A stretch of 60,487 nt of DNA, filler included, from Diploschistes diacapsis (Eukaryota), in NCBI GenBank assembly GCA_023645945.1. It is 9 parts of 9 records of this genome, joined end to end, with 100 filler letters (N's around TTAATTAATTAA, not from the genome) between each part and the next. Parts side by side here need not be neighbours in the genome. Positions count along the whole stretch, not along the records: positions 47,194 to 53,793 come from JALAIB010001369.1; positions 53,894 to 60,487 come from JALAIB010001370.1; 7 more parts are not named here. One strand, 5' to 3'. The notes under the pieces were generated by a model, which saw only the letters and a program-made list of their open reading frames with translations, ran no database searches and was not told the origin of the DNA. Each line of letters starts with the position of its first letter. Position 1 is the first letter of the stretch. This document shows positions 48,606 through 60,213 of this stretch, piece by piece. The translations under genes and the position numbers were made by a program.

Positions 48606-50016
48606 CTATAGTTTGACTTGTTTTATACCCGATCTGTTCGTCGCGTTTTCCCGTTCTGCAGCCAACCTGTACATCTCCTTTTCCCAAAGAGACGTCAACT
48701 CTCTTACCTTGTTATCTCCACCGGGAAGTAACTGCGTACCGAACATCCCGCACAGTCCTTTTTGGCGGTCTATGAACCAGAAACAGTTCGCGATACCGGA
48801 CCACGACAACGTGCCCTTTGACCTCCAGCCTGGATCTTCCTCTGTAGACAGCATAGCTCCCAACCCCCAGTCAAGCCCGATGTGACTAGGGTAATCGCCA
48901 GGTGCGAGTGAACCGAAGCCTGTCCTCCATGTAGCGTTCAGCTGTTCTCGTACCGCTGGACTGAATTGCGGCGTGAACAGCTGTGTAACAGATTCTGCTT
49001 TTAGGAGCTTCTGATCGTTTGCTAACAGACTATGCAGCACCTTCAAGTAGTCCGGCACGGAAGAATGCAAGCCCTCGCCGCCAAAGCACTCTGTATTTTT
49101 AACAGGGGGCCATTCCGGCATTGGAAAGAGAGGTGCATCGTCGGCGTCCGGTACGCCTCCTGTTAGCGCCGCTTTGAACGGTCGAGCATCCTTGCCACGC
49201 TTTGAGGCCAGCAGAAGCCTCTTTCGGAGCCCGGAATGCTTCTCAGGCCAGTAGGTCATGCTGGTAATGCCGAGTGGGCCGCATATGTTGGTTCGGATGA
49301 ATTCTTCCATCGTTCTTCCCGTCAGCTTCTCAACGACCTTACAAGCCCAGTCGTGACCGGAGTTGTACGACCAAAATGTTCCTGGCTGGGTGGCAAGAGG
49401 GCAGTAGAATTTCTCAAACACGCTTGGAGAAGTGAAGAATGTGTTCATGGTACCTTGTCGCTCACGATAGCGTTTAAGGTGTGGCTCTACGAGGCCAGTT
49501 CCGAAGCCAGCTGTGTGTGTCAAAAGTAGCCTATATAGCTTGTCAGTGTTATCCGACGAAATTGGTTGCGTAAAGTATGGAATGGAATACGTGATAAATA
49601 GCAGGAAGGGGGCTTCAGAGGTACGGAAACCATCTTTGCCTCGTACAAACTTACCGCAAGGTAATTGGAGTTTTCATGTCCTCGAAGACAGGTTCTTTTC
49701 CCTCATCACACTCCAACAACACCTTCAACCTCGACTTGCCCAGCTCAGGCAGCCACTTGGATACATCTTCATCCAACCTTATTAGACCCCTGTCAACGCA
49801 CTGTAGCGAAGCGACAGTAGTGATCAGCTTCGTGCAAGAGGCAAGTCCAAGCACCGAATCGAGCTGATAGTTTGAGTCTATGGGCTCTTGCGGATTCTTC
49901 CCTTGAACTGCTTTCTGATATCTGAAAGAACCATCGACATTCGTAGCAGTCAAGATCGCTCCCGGAACAGTCCCGTCGTGGCATGCCGCCTCGAGCCTTT
50001 CTTCAAAACTAGCCAT
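48606..50016 (-). CDS. Beta-lactamase-family serine hydrolase / LovD-like transesterase, one intron (about 49531-49655)
   Basis: LASCTKL (SxxK), ITLR|LLLTHTAGF, PL..QPG..WSY, GGEGL, LSWSG; C-terminus ends -VKL. Confidence 0.9.
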
Positions 50017-50659
50017 TTCTAAGGGAACTTGGGTTTAACAACGCTGGAATACATACAATTGACAGGTGTATGAGGTTGACTGGCTTCGATCTAAGGCTTA
50101 TAGACGGATGTGCCGAGGGACTCGGCCGAATCTTGCTCCCAATGTAACGTTATACTCATTTCTAGTCTCTTGACGAAATTGATATGCTACTGCATTCGCT
50201 CCCGGGACAGCAAACCAAAACAAATATAAGGTGTTACCTTCTTGGCGAAAATACAAGGTCATGATGCATACCGAGGCAGGCGATCTTGTGCTATTGGTAA
50301 TAGGGAGCGTTTCACAGAGAAGCATACAGTATACAATTGTAGACCACTGGATGGGAATTGGTCTAATGCTAGCCCACATCAAGCAGCTCCGAAGATGGGT
50401 CACTTGAGTAGAGCGTCGGTCGTCTGTTGAGACGGGATTAGCCAAACGTGATCGATCCGTTTCAAGAAGCAGAGACTGCTTCGTGACCTTCAGCTCTGGG
50501 GATCAGTCGGTCATGAATATACCACTATACCCAGTACTTGAACTCAAGTGATGTGGATATTCACAATTTAGAACGTAATTGAACCGCTTCTGCCGTCTCA
50601 TTCCAGAGCTCCTTAAACTGGATCAGCCGGACATCTTTGGCTGCTGTAGTGTAGAGAGC

Positions 50660-51322
50660 TTACGAGCTCCTTTCTTCCTTTCCTAAAAGCTCTCGAAACC
50701 GGTTCCTCAGCCCTGGCACCATTCGCATCCCTTCCATTTCCTCCAACGTAACCCACTTAGCCTCTACATGCTCGCCGTTCAACCTCACCAGGCCCTCCAT
50801 GCTCCTCTCCACCTTGTCTTCCACCCTGCCTTCCGCACTGGAAAGCTTAACTTCCCAAAGGAAGCTCCAGATCCTCCAGCTCCTTCCCCCTCCCTCTGTT
50901 TCAAAGGGGTCTCCTTCTTTCTTTAAAGAAAGTAGATGCGATGCAATGGTAGTTTCCTCCTCAATCTCGCGCACGGCTGCGGCTCGAGGAGAGGAATCAG
51001 AGGACTCGATGCGCCCGCTGCAAGCAGCCCACATGTTTGGAAAGGGATCAGAGGATGGAGAGCGGCGCAGGAGAAGGACTTTATGGTTGGTAAAGAAGGT
51101 GGAAAGGGGTAAAATGGAGGATGATGAGGGTACAGTGAGGAAAGAGGTGACCATTCGTGTGACCTCACGCCCTGGACGAGGAGAGGTGGAAGAAGAAATG
51201 GAAGAGTACATTCTCGATAGGAGAATGCTAGAAAGAACGCCTTGATATTTTACTTGGCTTGAGCAGTGGCGTCGTGTGAGGTACGGTAATCCTAAACCCT
51301 TAGAGCCAACCATTCGGGACAT
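50660..51322 (-). CDS. Nudix hydrolase (start ATG at 51322 or 51211)
   Basis: VTSFL..KVLLLRRS...WAACSGRIESSD..PRAAAVREIEEET (Nudix box), LNGEHVEAKWV, VPGL. Confidence 0.82.
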   Translation of the reverse strand: MSRMVGSKGLGLPYLTRRHCSSQVKYQGVLSSILLSRMYSSISSSTSPRPGREVTRMVTSFLTVPSSSSILPLSTFFTNHKVLLLRRSPSSDPFPNMWAACSGRIESSDSSPRAAAVREIEEETTIASHLLSLKKEGDPFETEGGGRSWRIWSFLWEVKLSSAEGRVEDKVERSMEGLVRLNGEHVEAKWVTLEEMEGMRMVPGLRNRFRELLGKEERSS

Positions 51323-52036
51323 TATGCTCGACGGCGGAGAAGTAGGCTTTGATCATCACCCACCAACGTTGCTACGCGCAGGCTTGCTTCAAAGTCACCA
51401 CCGTTATGGAATAGCCAGTGGCGGGACGCAAGGAAGTGTTCTGCTACATAGTATTAGCAGCTGAATCGAGCGTTGCTCTAATTGCAAACCGACGATGTTT
51501 TCCCTCGAATCCTCAGACGCAACTTCTTATCGCCTTCAACCACGAAGCGCTAAGTCCCATTAAGTCCCACAAAGTCCGTGGATCCATGCCCAAAGTCCGA
51601 TTCGAGCGCTCGATGGCCAACATAAGAAGCCCCTAAAAGCTTTCAGTGAACGGGAATTGATTACAGAGCTTCAAGCTTCCGATAAAACGGGAAACTAAGC
51701 ATGCCCGAAGTCCGTGCTGGTGCGTAGAAATCGTGGATTTTGCCATATATGGTAGATATATAGTCCGTGGCGGACTTACGAGATGCCCCCATTCGGGACA
51801 GAGACTAGTCCTCCTTCGTACAATCGAAGCCATCATCATTCAGAGGTCAATGGGAGATGGCCCCTATAAAGAGGCCCTGTCGCCCCCTCAAAGGAAGACA
51901 TAATTCTACAGAGCATTGTTATTGGCCTTGTTACCCGTGCAAGAACAACTATACACTATAAACTTGGCTTCAATAGCATACCTAAGACAGTCCTGAAGAG
52001 ACAGAGCACTTGGTTTTTTCAACATATCGCAGCATT

Positions 52037-53145
52037 ATGTCTAAGCAAATTCGATACGCCAGCCAGCAGCCCGAGGGCTTCAAGAACTATATTGAGAATG
52101 TGGCTATTGTTGGTGTAAGTACACACTCCAGCCACAGAACTCGTTCATCTTTTTGTTTCCTTTTCCAATAGGCGATGGACTTCAATTGACGTTCTAGTAG
52201 GCCGCCGGCCACATCGGATCCGAGATAGTCAAATATCTCCTGCAGGGCAAGAAGCACAAGATCACCGCCCTAACCCGCGCGGACAGCAAGGCCGAGCTCC
52301 CCTCCGGCATTTCCGTCGCCAAGATCGACTACGACAACCCGGCGACCATGGTCGACGCTCTGCGCGGGCAGGACGTGCTGATCATCACGCTGGCCGTGAC
52401 CGCGCCGCGGGACACGCAGAGCAAGCTGATCTCGGCCGCAGCCTCGGCGGGCGTGCCGTGGATCTTCCCGAACGAGTGGTCGCCCGACGGCGCGAACAAG
52501 CAGATGCTACGGGACATGATGGTCGGCGCCAGGGCGGAGGCCCCGCGCGCGCAGATCGAGGAGCTCGGGGTCAGCCGGTGGATCGGACTCAGCTGCGGGT
52601 TCTGGTACGAGTGGTCGCTGCCCATCGGCACGGGGACGTTCGGCTTCGACATCAAGAACCGCGAGGCCGTCTTCTTCGACGACGGCACGCAGAAAATCAG
52701 CACGAGCACGTGGCCGCAGTGCGGGCGCGCCATGGCCGGCCTGCTGAGCTTGAAGGTGCTGCCGGAGGATGAGAGCGACAAGGATCTGACGCTGGAGAGC
52801 TTTGCCTACGGCTGGGCATACCCGACCAGCTTTACGGTCAGTCAGAAGGACATGTTTGCGTCGCTTCTGCGGGTCACGGGGACGAGGGAGAGCGACTGGA
52901 AGATCTCGCACGAGGACTCGAGGGTGCGCTGGGCCAAGGCGAAGGAGGAGTTCGAGCAGGGCAGTCGCCTGGCGTTCCGGAAGACCATGTACACGCGCAT
53001 CTTCTTTCCGACGGGAGAGGGCAACTTGGAGCAGTCAGGTAGGAAGACCCTCAACGGCCCGCTGAACCTGCCCAAGGAGGACTTGGACGAGTACACGAAG
53101 CAGTGTGTCGACTTTGTTGCGGCGGGCAAGTCATGGTTCGGCTGA
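52037..53145 (+). CDS. NmrA/isoflavone-reductase-like oxidoreductase (CipA-like); intron 52115-52200
   Basis: NVAIVG|AAGHIGS Rossmann motif, ITALTRADS, LRGQDVLIITL, WIFPNEW, CGFWYEWSL; TATAAA at 51864. Confidence 0.9.
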
Positions 53146-54968
53146 ACCGCTAGGGTGGAGAACGCGTTGCGCGCAGGAGGCTGACGGTTGCACTGAGAGA
53201 TAAGGCAGACTGGACATCAATGTTTTTTTCGCATAGAGTATGCTACAGAAAACCTTCTCTTGGCGACACGCACGCATGCTACCTCTGGGAGTATTCCCAG
53301 CTTCCACTTTCCGTGAATCACAACACGCAAACCTCTTGCACCTCGTTTCCGTTCCTCTTGCATCGTCGGCACCATACATGCGTACAATTCCACGCCTGCC
53401 GTACTTCTAGTTCTCGACCAAAAGCACATTAAGAGGCTTCCATAGCCTCTACCACCGCTTATCACCTTCTCTTATCTCCCAAGTACGCACACACCGAAGC
53501 ACTCCATCGCATCCTACAAACTATTAACGCATGCAAAAACCTCCTTCACCAATTTCTTCTTCCCACCCACTTGTCTCTCACCACAGGCATAGCACGCATA
53601 TCTCTTCCCTCTCTCCTCCATTTCTTTAGTTCATCCCTCTCCCCCTCTTCAAAACTCTTCCCAACTCCCACCGACACCGCCTTCAATCCCCCCTCCGCGC
53701 ATAACAAAGCCACACCACATTACTCGTCGCCCCACGATCCGGCACCCACCCCAACTCCCATAACCTCATCTCCCCCCTCCCGCCGCTCATCCCNNNNNNN
53801 NNNNNNNNNNNNNNNNNNNNNNNNNNNNNNNNNNNNNTTAATTAATTAANNNNNNNNNNNNNNNNNNNNNNNNNNNNNNNNNNNNNNNNNNNNAAAATCG
53901 CCCAGCGCCGATTCCGCGCTGCAGAAGACATGCACGCGAATGCGAGCCGTCCCGGCGGGTGTCATTGCGCTCCCGAAAAAGCGCTTTCCACCCGTCGACG
54001 TCCGCGTTCATGGTCGTTGCTGAGCATCTTCATCGCCAGGGCGCCAAAGTCTTGCGTGCCCTCCGCTCTCCTCCAACTTGACCCTGCATCGCCCGAGCCC
54101 GTTGGCAAGATCGGCTCGTTCAGCGCCACGCGTGAGCCAACCTTTCTTAAGAGCAGGAACCAGGGCGGGGTCGGAAATACGGCGGCAAGACGCCGTCGGA
54201 GAAAATTGTGGGAAGATCCCCAACGATGTGGATAAAATATCTGTGCGTGCTAAACGGCCCTGCCCAAGTTGAAGAAGCCCGTTGTACCATGAATTCGAGC
54301 CCGAGAAAGGGGGTCCACCGGTATACGGGGTTTTGTTTTTCCCGACTGCTGAGTTACGTTACTTGGATGCCGAGAGTTCTTTGCGACGGCTAATGATGCC
54401 GTTCTGCTCCCCGCGGATACGCTTCTCGCCCGGCTTTCGACAATCTCCTGTTATCCTGCACGATAACACGACCTAAGTTAGGGATGTCGTTGTATGAGCG
54501 CCTTACCTACTAGATCCTGAGAGAGCTACCAATGTCGGCTATGGTGCTGTTACTGCCGGCAGTGGCCTAAGGGTGTGGCGAAATGAGATGCGAGACGTGT
54601 TAGGCAGGATCCTATAAGCACAGTGTCATGCTTTCGGCAAAGCGCTGGGCCCCGTGACTGAGATGTGACAAGGTCGTCGAAGAAAGAATCCGATGTTAAA
54701 TATGCTGGGCTGTGGGCATGAGTACGCGCATGAGAAAGTTTTCTTGCTGAACTACCGAGCCAAAGCAAAGACAAAGATGCATACAGCTTGATTCGTTTCC
54801 TCGGAATTCGCCCGTTTGATCAGACGCATCAACGGCCTTCACGTGGGAAACAGGCGTGGTCAGCGGTCTTCGTACTCAGCAGACAGCAGCATTTACTTTC
54901 TGAAGCTGCATCTTTAGGCGGCTTACCTCTGGCGCGTGTGGCCATATTTCCGCGTAGGCCATTCCTAC

Positions 54969-55554
54969 TCACGACGGCAACAATGAGTCCTTTGCTAGTA
55001 ACGTCGACGCTGTGGCATGTTCAATACGTCCACCGGGTTTCTCATGGAAGATACGATGCGTCATCGCGGCTCGTAGCATGCGACGGAAGTTAGATTCGTC
55101 GAGACCATAAGTAGATAAAAGCTCGGCATAGGTGGCAAGACCTCGGTCCGATGGGAAGGCGGCGGTGACATTGAAGCGCTGGATAAGCATGAAGGGCCAC
55201 TGTATGCCACGACTAAAGCAGGGGGATTGATCGGTCTTGATTCACTACTAAACACGAAGTAAAAGGGAATGAAAGCAGAATGGTCAATGGAGAACTTCTC
55301 CCAGCTGCCTCACGAACCTTTAAGGATAGAAGTCACAGACTCGTACAATTGCCTCGTGATTTGCTCCATCGGTCCACACATCAACGCCTGCAACTCATCT
55401 ATATATCTTCGAGCATATCTTCTCCGGTCTTGCTGATTTCCTGTCCGCCGTAGGGTTCAGGCGGTAAGTGTGAAGAGAAGGTGTTGGAAGGCCCGACGAA
55501 GGAAGGAGTTCATCTACCCTGGCTGTGCTCCAAAATCCGAGAAGTAGAAGACAT
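54969..55554 (-). pseudogene. Truncated fungal O-methyltransferase (or AflS-like) N-terminal fragment
   Basis: MSSTSRI start; L.CGPME; IQRFNV..AFP....TYAEL....GLDESNFRRMLRAAMTHRIFHE.PGGRIEHATASTLLA winged-helix pattern; internal stops; no SAM-binding domain follows. Confidence 0.7.
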
Positions 55555-55899
55555 GGCTAAACCGATCGAAGTATGAAGGAAAATCGATGCCTCAAAGCAT
55601 GGAAAGCTCCTCGCTTTCAGGTCCCCCCTTTCTTTAATAGGATCAACGAAGGACGAAAGCTTATTGAAGGTTGCCGCGGGAGGATCAACCTACCTGACCT
55701 ACGCTTTAAGTCACAAGTTCGAGTGGAACTCTAGAGCAGTCAGCAGCAGGGCGCTATGATTGTGAGTTAAAAGAGACCGCAGGCGCGAGAAATGAATGGC
55801 AATACCCCACCATAAGCTACTGAAATCCATAGTTTTATCTTTCAGAGAATGCCCAAATATAGACCGCTAATAAAATCACGAGCAAGGAGCAACTGAATT

Positions 55900-57667
55900 G
55901 TATACTCCGAAGAGATGTTGTTACATCCATCTTCGTAATTTCCTCAATCTCTGCTTTCGCGAGCTCCATCCTTTCAGCGGATTTGCACGTCACTATCTTT
56001 AGAAAGTGCTCGCCCATATATGCGTTTTCTGGACCATAGAAAGCTGCACTGGAATCAAACAAACCAGCTTGCTTGTGATTGACATTTGAAGAATGGCAAT
56101 TTCAGACTTACCACTTCCTGGCATTGTAAGTAAGCCAATTTCCAGGATCAATAGCCACGCCATTTTCCAATCACGAAGCTTAGTAGCAACATCAGACGGC
56201 CAAGAATAACCTTCCGGTAGGTAGCGTGATCTTCCGAGCGTTAACGAGGAAACAGGCGCCACAGATTCATAATACTGCGATGATACATGTGGTGAATGAA
56301 ATAACGAGAGTGTCTTCAACGCTAACTGGTAGGCCGATTTCCTGCAAAACCTCACACATTTTCTGTGATCGTTGTTTGATGCGGTTCCTGTTGCTGTTCC
56401 AGGGGTCTTTCGCGTCAGTTGTTCAAACCCTACGCAGTGGGCCATTTATGGATGACCTGCAGTGGTGTAACTTAATAAGACATGGGCAGTGAAGGACCTA
56501 CTGCATGAGTGATTTATCTCCTATTACCCATCCGACTCTCCACCCACTGGCAATAAATGTCTTACCCGCAGAACCAATTGTCAGAGTTCGACGTGGGATC
56601 TCTGGACCGAAAGTTGCAATGCAGTCGAAGTTGAAATAAGCGGAGAACTCATAGACTTCGTCAGAAAGAGCAAACCAAGTTGTGGTTAACGCAAAGATTT
56701 CACAAAGCAGATAATTCCGTCTCTAGTAAATACTTTGCCTAATGGATTATGCCTGTGCAATTTAGCTTGAAATCTAAATTAGAGACCTGGAGATGCTTAA
56801 CGTTGTATTTAGGATCTGCCCATGTGATTAGCAGCAGGTTTACGTTTTCATATCTTGCCATACCAGCATCTTGGTGTTTGAGGAGATGACAGATTCTATT
56901 GCCTTTATATCCACTGTCCAGTCATTGGCGGTTACTGGGCCAGTGCCAGTTTGACTGGTTGGAATTAGAGGAACGAACGTGGCAACAACACCTAACAAGA
57001 ATAGCTGAACCTGATATCCAAATCAAAGTCATATGAGCTGCTTGGAGGGGGATAGCCTGCACACGGAGCATACAAGTTGAACGCAGATTCAAGAATGATA
57101 ACCTTATCGCCGGGATTCGCAAACGCTGCTGTACAGCTCAACATTGCTTCTGTTCCTCCAGTATGCACAGTTATCTCTGCATAGGGATCCAAGGATTTCC
57201 GTAAAGAGGACTTTAGGTTCTCGGTAAGGCTTTTTTGAGTTGCATGAAGCCCTATTCGAAGAGTGAAGAGTTTATATACGCGGAGTAGGCGTAGATTTAC
57301 CTCCTTCGGATCATATTGGTTTGATCGCACATTCTTTCAAGCGTGGCGATGTGCTTCTGCCATATAACAAGGCGGGCTGAAATCCCTTATCGACTGTATC
57401 AGGGCAGCCAGAGAAACATTAGCTAAGTTGTTACAGGCAACCAGGATCAAGGTTGCAGAGAGGCACCATGGGGAGATGCTTGGCCGGCGTGCTCAATCCA
57501 AGCCATATCCGAATTAGATTGACCAGCTTGCATCCAAATCGATGCTTTGTGGGTGCATACCAGACATTTTCAATCTTTCCGATAGGGAGCCGGATAGAAG
57601 AGGAGCCGACTTGTTGTTCACTTTGACCTAGAGTTTGGCGTGTTTTGACCTCATTCTTGTTCTGCAT
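55900..57667 (-). pseudogene. Class I PLP aminotransferase (kynurenine aminotransferase/Bna3-like) pseudogene
   Basis: NQY, EITVHTGGTEAM...PGDKVII.E..F..Y, WTVD, HNPLGKVF, SDEVYE, RTLTIGSAGKTFIASGWRVGW (PLP lysine), distributed over frames with stops. Confidence 0.85.
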
Positions 57668-58202
57668 CATTGTCGCACGAAACCTCTGAGTACCGAGATG
57701 ATGCTTGCAAGAACTTTGCGTGTCTCAAGCAAATCTTAACAAGCTTTATCTGCATCGCGTGTGCTTACATTAACGGCCTGACTTTCCACAATCTGCAAGT
57801 AGCTCGCATAGAACGCCTGAAACAACTAGCCCCATACAAAGGTGCGATCAACATAGCCGGGGGATGGGGACAGGTAGTTATACGTTATGAATTGGCAATC
57901 TGTTCGTATTAATTCGCTTTTTCAATAAGGTTGCAGCCCAAGATCTGGGGCTAAGAAATTCCACTCTCCTACCTAATACTCCCTTCACGCCCGCTTTGCC
58001 CTCCTATTCATATATTATGCGATTGCATTCATGTAGCTGTTTTGGGTTATCACAGTCGCGATACTTTTGCACCGGAGACGCTGCAACCTATCCTACCTAG
58101 CTTTTACGCCGTTGCTTGGAAGACTTCCCCGCTTGTGTTTCATCCAAAACTGGCTATGGTCTTGTTATCAAAGCTTTTTTTCTCCGGAGCTTGAACAACA
58201 TC

Positions 58203-59436
58203 ATGCTTTCCGTCGCTATGGACAATTTCATCAGATACCGGCCTCTGCCTTTGGAGAAAGACCTTGGATCCGATGAAGACTTAGCAATCGAAGATCCCGC
58301 ATGCCAACATGCGCCAAATAGGAGATTATTTTTCCCTTACCTTATTCCTTCTCGCTGTTATGTCTCTCACTTTCATATCCTCGAAGGGAGGAGTCAGGAT
58401 CGTTAAAGCTGTGGGTGTTGCTTGTGCAAACCCGTCCTATCGTCGAGAATGGCAAACTTTTGACTGCTCAGAGAAACGTGACTACATCAAGTCAGTACAG
58501 TGTCTGTGATCTCATTCATCTCTAAACCATTCTCTATATGACGATTTCCCATACATCCATAATCAATGGGGCAAGAACGGTACGACGACCCTATCTTATC
58601 CGAAAGGTCCCGGTTTATCCATTTCTAACGACTACCTTGAAGTTCACGGTACCGCCAGGTTCCCTTCATGGCACAGGTTCTTTATATCAGTTTATGAAAA
58701 GCCTTTGCAGAGGCATTGCAATTATTCGGGATCTTTGCCGTGGATAACATCATTTCCTTGTACGTCAAGGAATGACTTTGCAGCAGGTACCGGGACTGGT
58801 CATTGGATTCGGAGGACATTCGTGACGCTCCGGTCTGGGATCCAGAACTTGGCTTTGGCGGTGACGGCGATGCAAACGTTGGCGAAGTCTTACTCCGAGG
58901 TCACTGCGTGACAAATGGGCCGTTTGCCATGCTCAAAATTCTTTACTTGGAATTCGAAGACAAGCCGCACTGCCTCTCGAGGGGCTTTGCAAAAGCTTAA
59001 CGGCTACGAGAACTCGATGAAGATATCCGGCCTCAGTCTATAGAAATGGTTCTTTGCGGGAAAGACATACGAGCCTTTCAACCTAAACCTGGAACGCACA
59101 CGACGCAATACCTAGGAGCGTTCGGGGTGATTTTGCCAATTATACTGGCCCATATGGTGAGTAGTATGTCATTATTCCACGAATTTTAGGTTCCCAATCT
59201 CACTTATCTTCTATAGACCCAATTTTCTACCTTCATCACGCCCAGCACGATTGGCTCTGGTGGAAATGGCAGCAGGAATCCCCAGGAAAGAAACTTGATC
59301 ATGATGGGTTGTTATCAACTGAGTCGTCCAAGCAGCAACTATTAAGGATACCCTAGATATGGGTGAACTTGCACCTGAACTGAAGGTACTGGACATCATA
59401 GATCCCCGCAAAGGTCCGTTATGCTATACCTATTGA
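58203..59436 (+). pseudogene. Membrane-anchored tyrosinase (di-copper centre) pseudogene
   Basis: N-terminal TM segment, RREW, YDDF..IH, HG..RFPSWHR (CuA), DW..D, GFGGDG, CVTNGPF, HCLSR.F, DPIFYLHHAQHD.LWW.WQ (CuB), LCYTY*; stops at 58507 and 58998 plus frameshifts. Confidence 0.88.
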
Positions 59437-60213
59437 TCAAAGGTAATTCAGCTCTTTCCAATTACCTTCCGAGCAATTGCCTTTGTTGAAAGCTGAGCAA
59501 GTTTGCAAGCAGTGTGCGAGCAGGTAACTTGAGACTTAATCTCAAACGTAAATTCCGACCTCAGATCTCTAACAGCCACATAGGTGTTTCTTACTCGATG
59601 AGTTGTTTTTTTGCAGTATGGTATCCTTGTTGTGGTAAGATTTGTTCTTTAGTACTTAGTTATATGGTCAATGCGATAATGTTCAGCCCAAGATTCTTGA
59701 AATATACCGGTGCAAACAGGATGTCTTAACCCAACTCGCTCCAACGCGTTAGCATTCAACAATCGTCAAAATCGTAGGCATGATTTCAGTTACAGTTTGG
59801 TGCCGGCTGCTATCTCTTAAGAGCTGATGGGTTTCAAAGAAGTAGCTCCATTGTCTTTCAACAAAGTAGGAATAAAGATAGGAAAGGGAGGAGAAATCCT
59901 TTCCCACTCTCAACAACACGCGTGGCTCATACTCCTCATTGTGTTGTTGCACATGAGATAGATCGTACTCAAGGCAATTGAGAAATGTCACCGAAAAGAT
60001 TTATCCATCAGACCTGTTGTACGGAGGTGGAATATCCAGTACACTGTAGATTCGAGATACCTGGGGGTCGGAAAAGCTTGTTGCGCCGTTGATACAGACA
60101 TTAGTTATAGTTCAGCCCTACGAAGTTGTGTCGGCGAAAGAAGCACCTTTTTCTACCAGAGGCAATCCCTCAGCAAAAATGCTCCTCTCCTAGCCTTGAT
60201 TCAAATCACCACA

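Noticed and set aside
53571..54960. Short ORFs flanking the last spacer
   Set aside because: No domain or consistent exon structure; the two sides are unlinked.
40812..59436. One large biosynthetic cluster (NRPS-like + LovD-like + NmrA + OMT + aminotransferase + tyrosinase)
   Set aside because: These genes lie on three different, size-sorted and therefore unlinked contigs.
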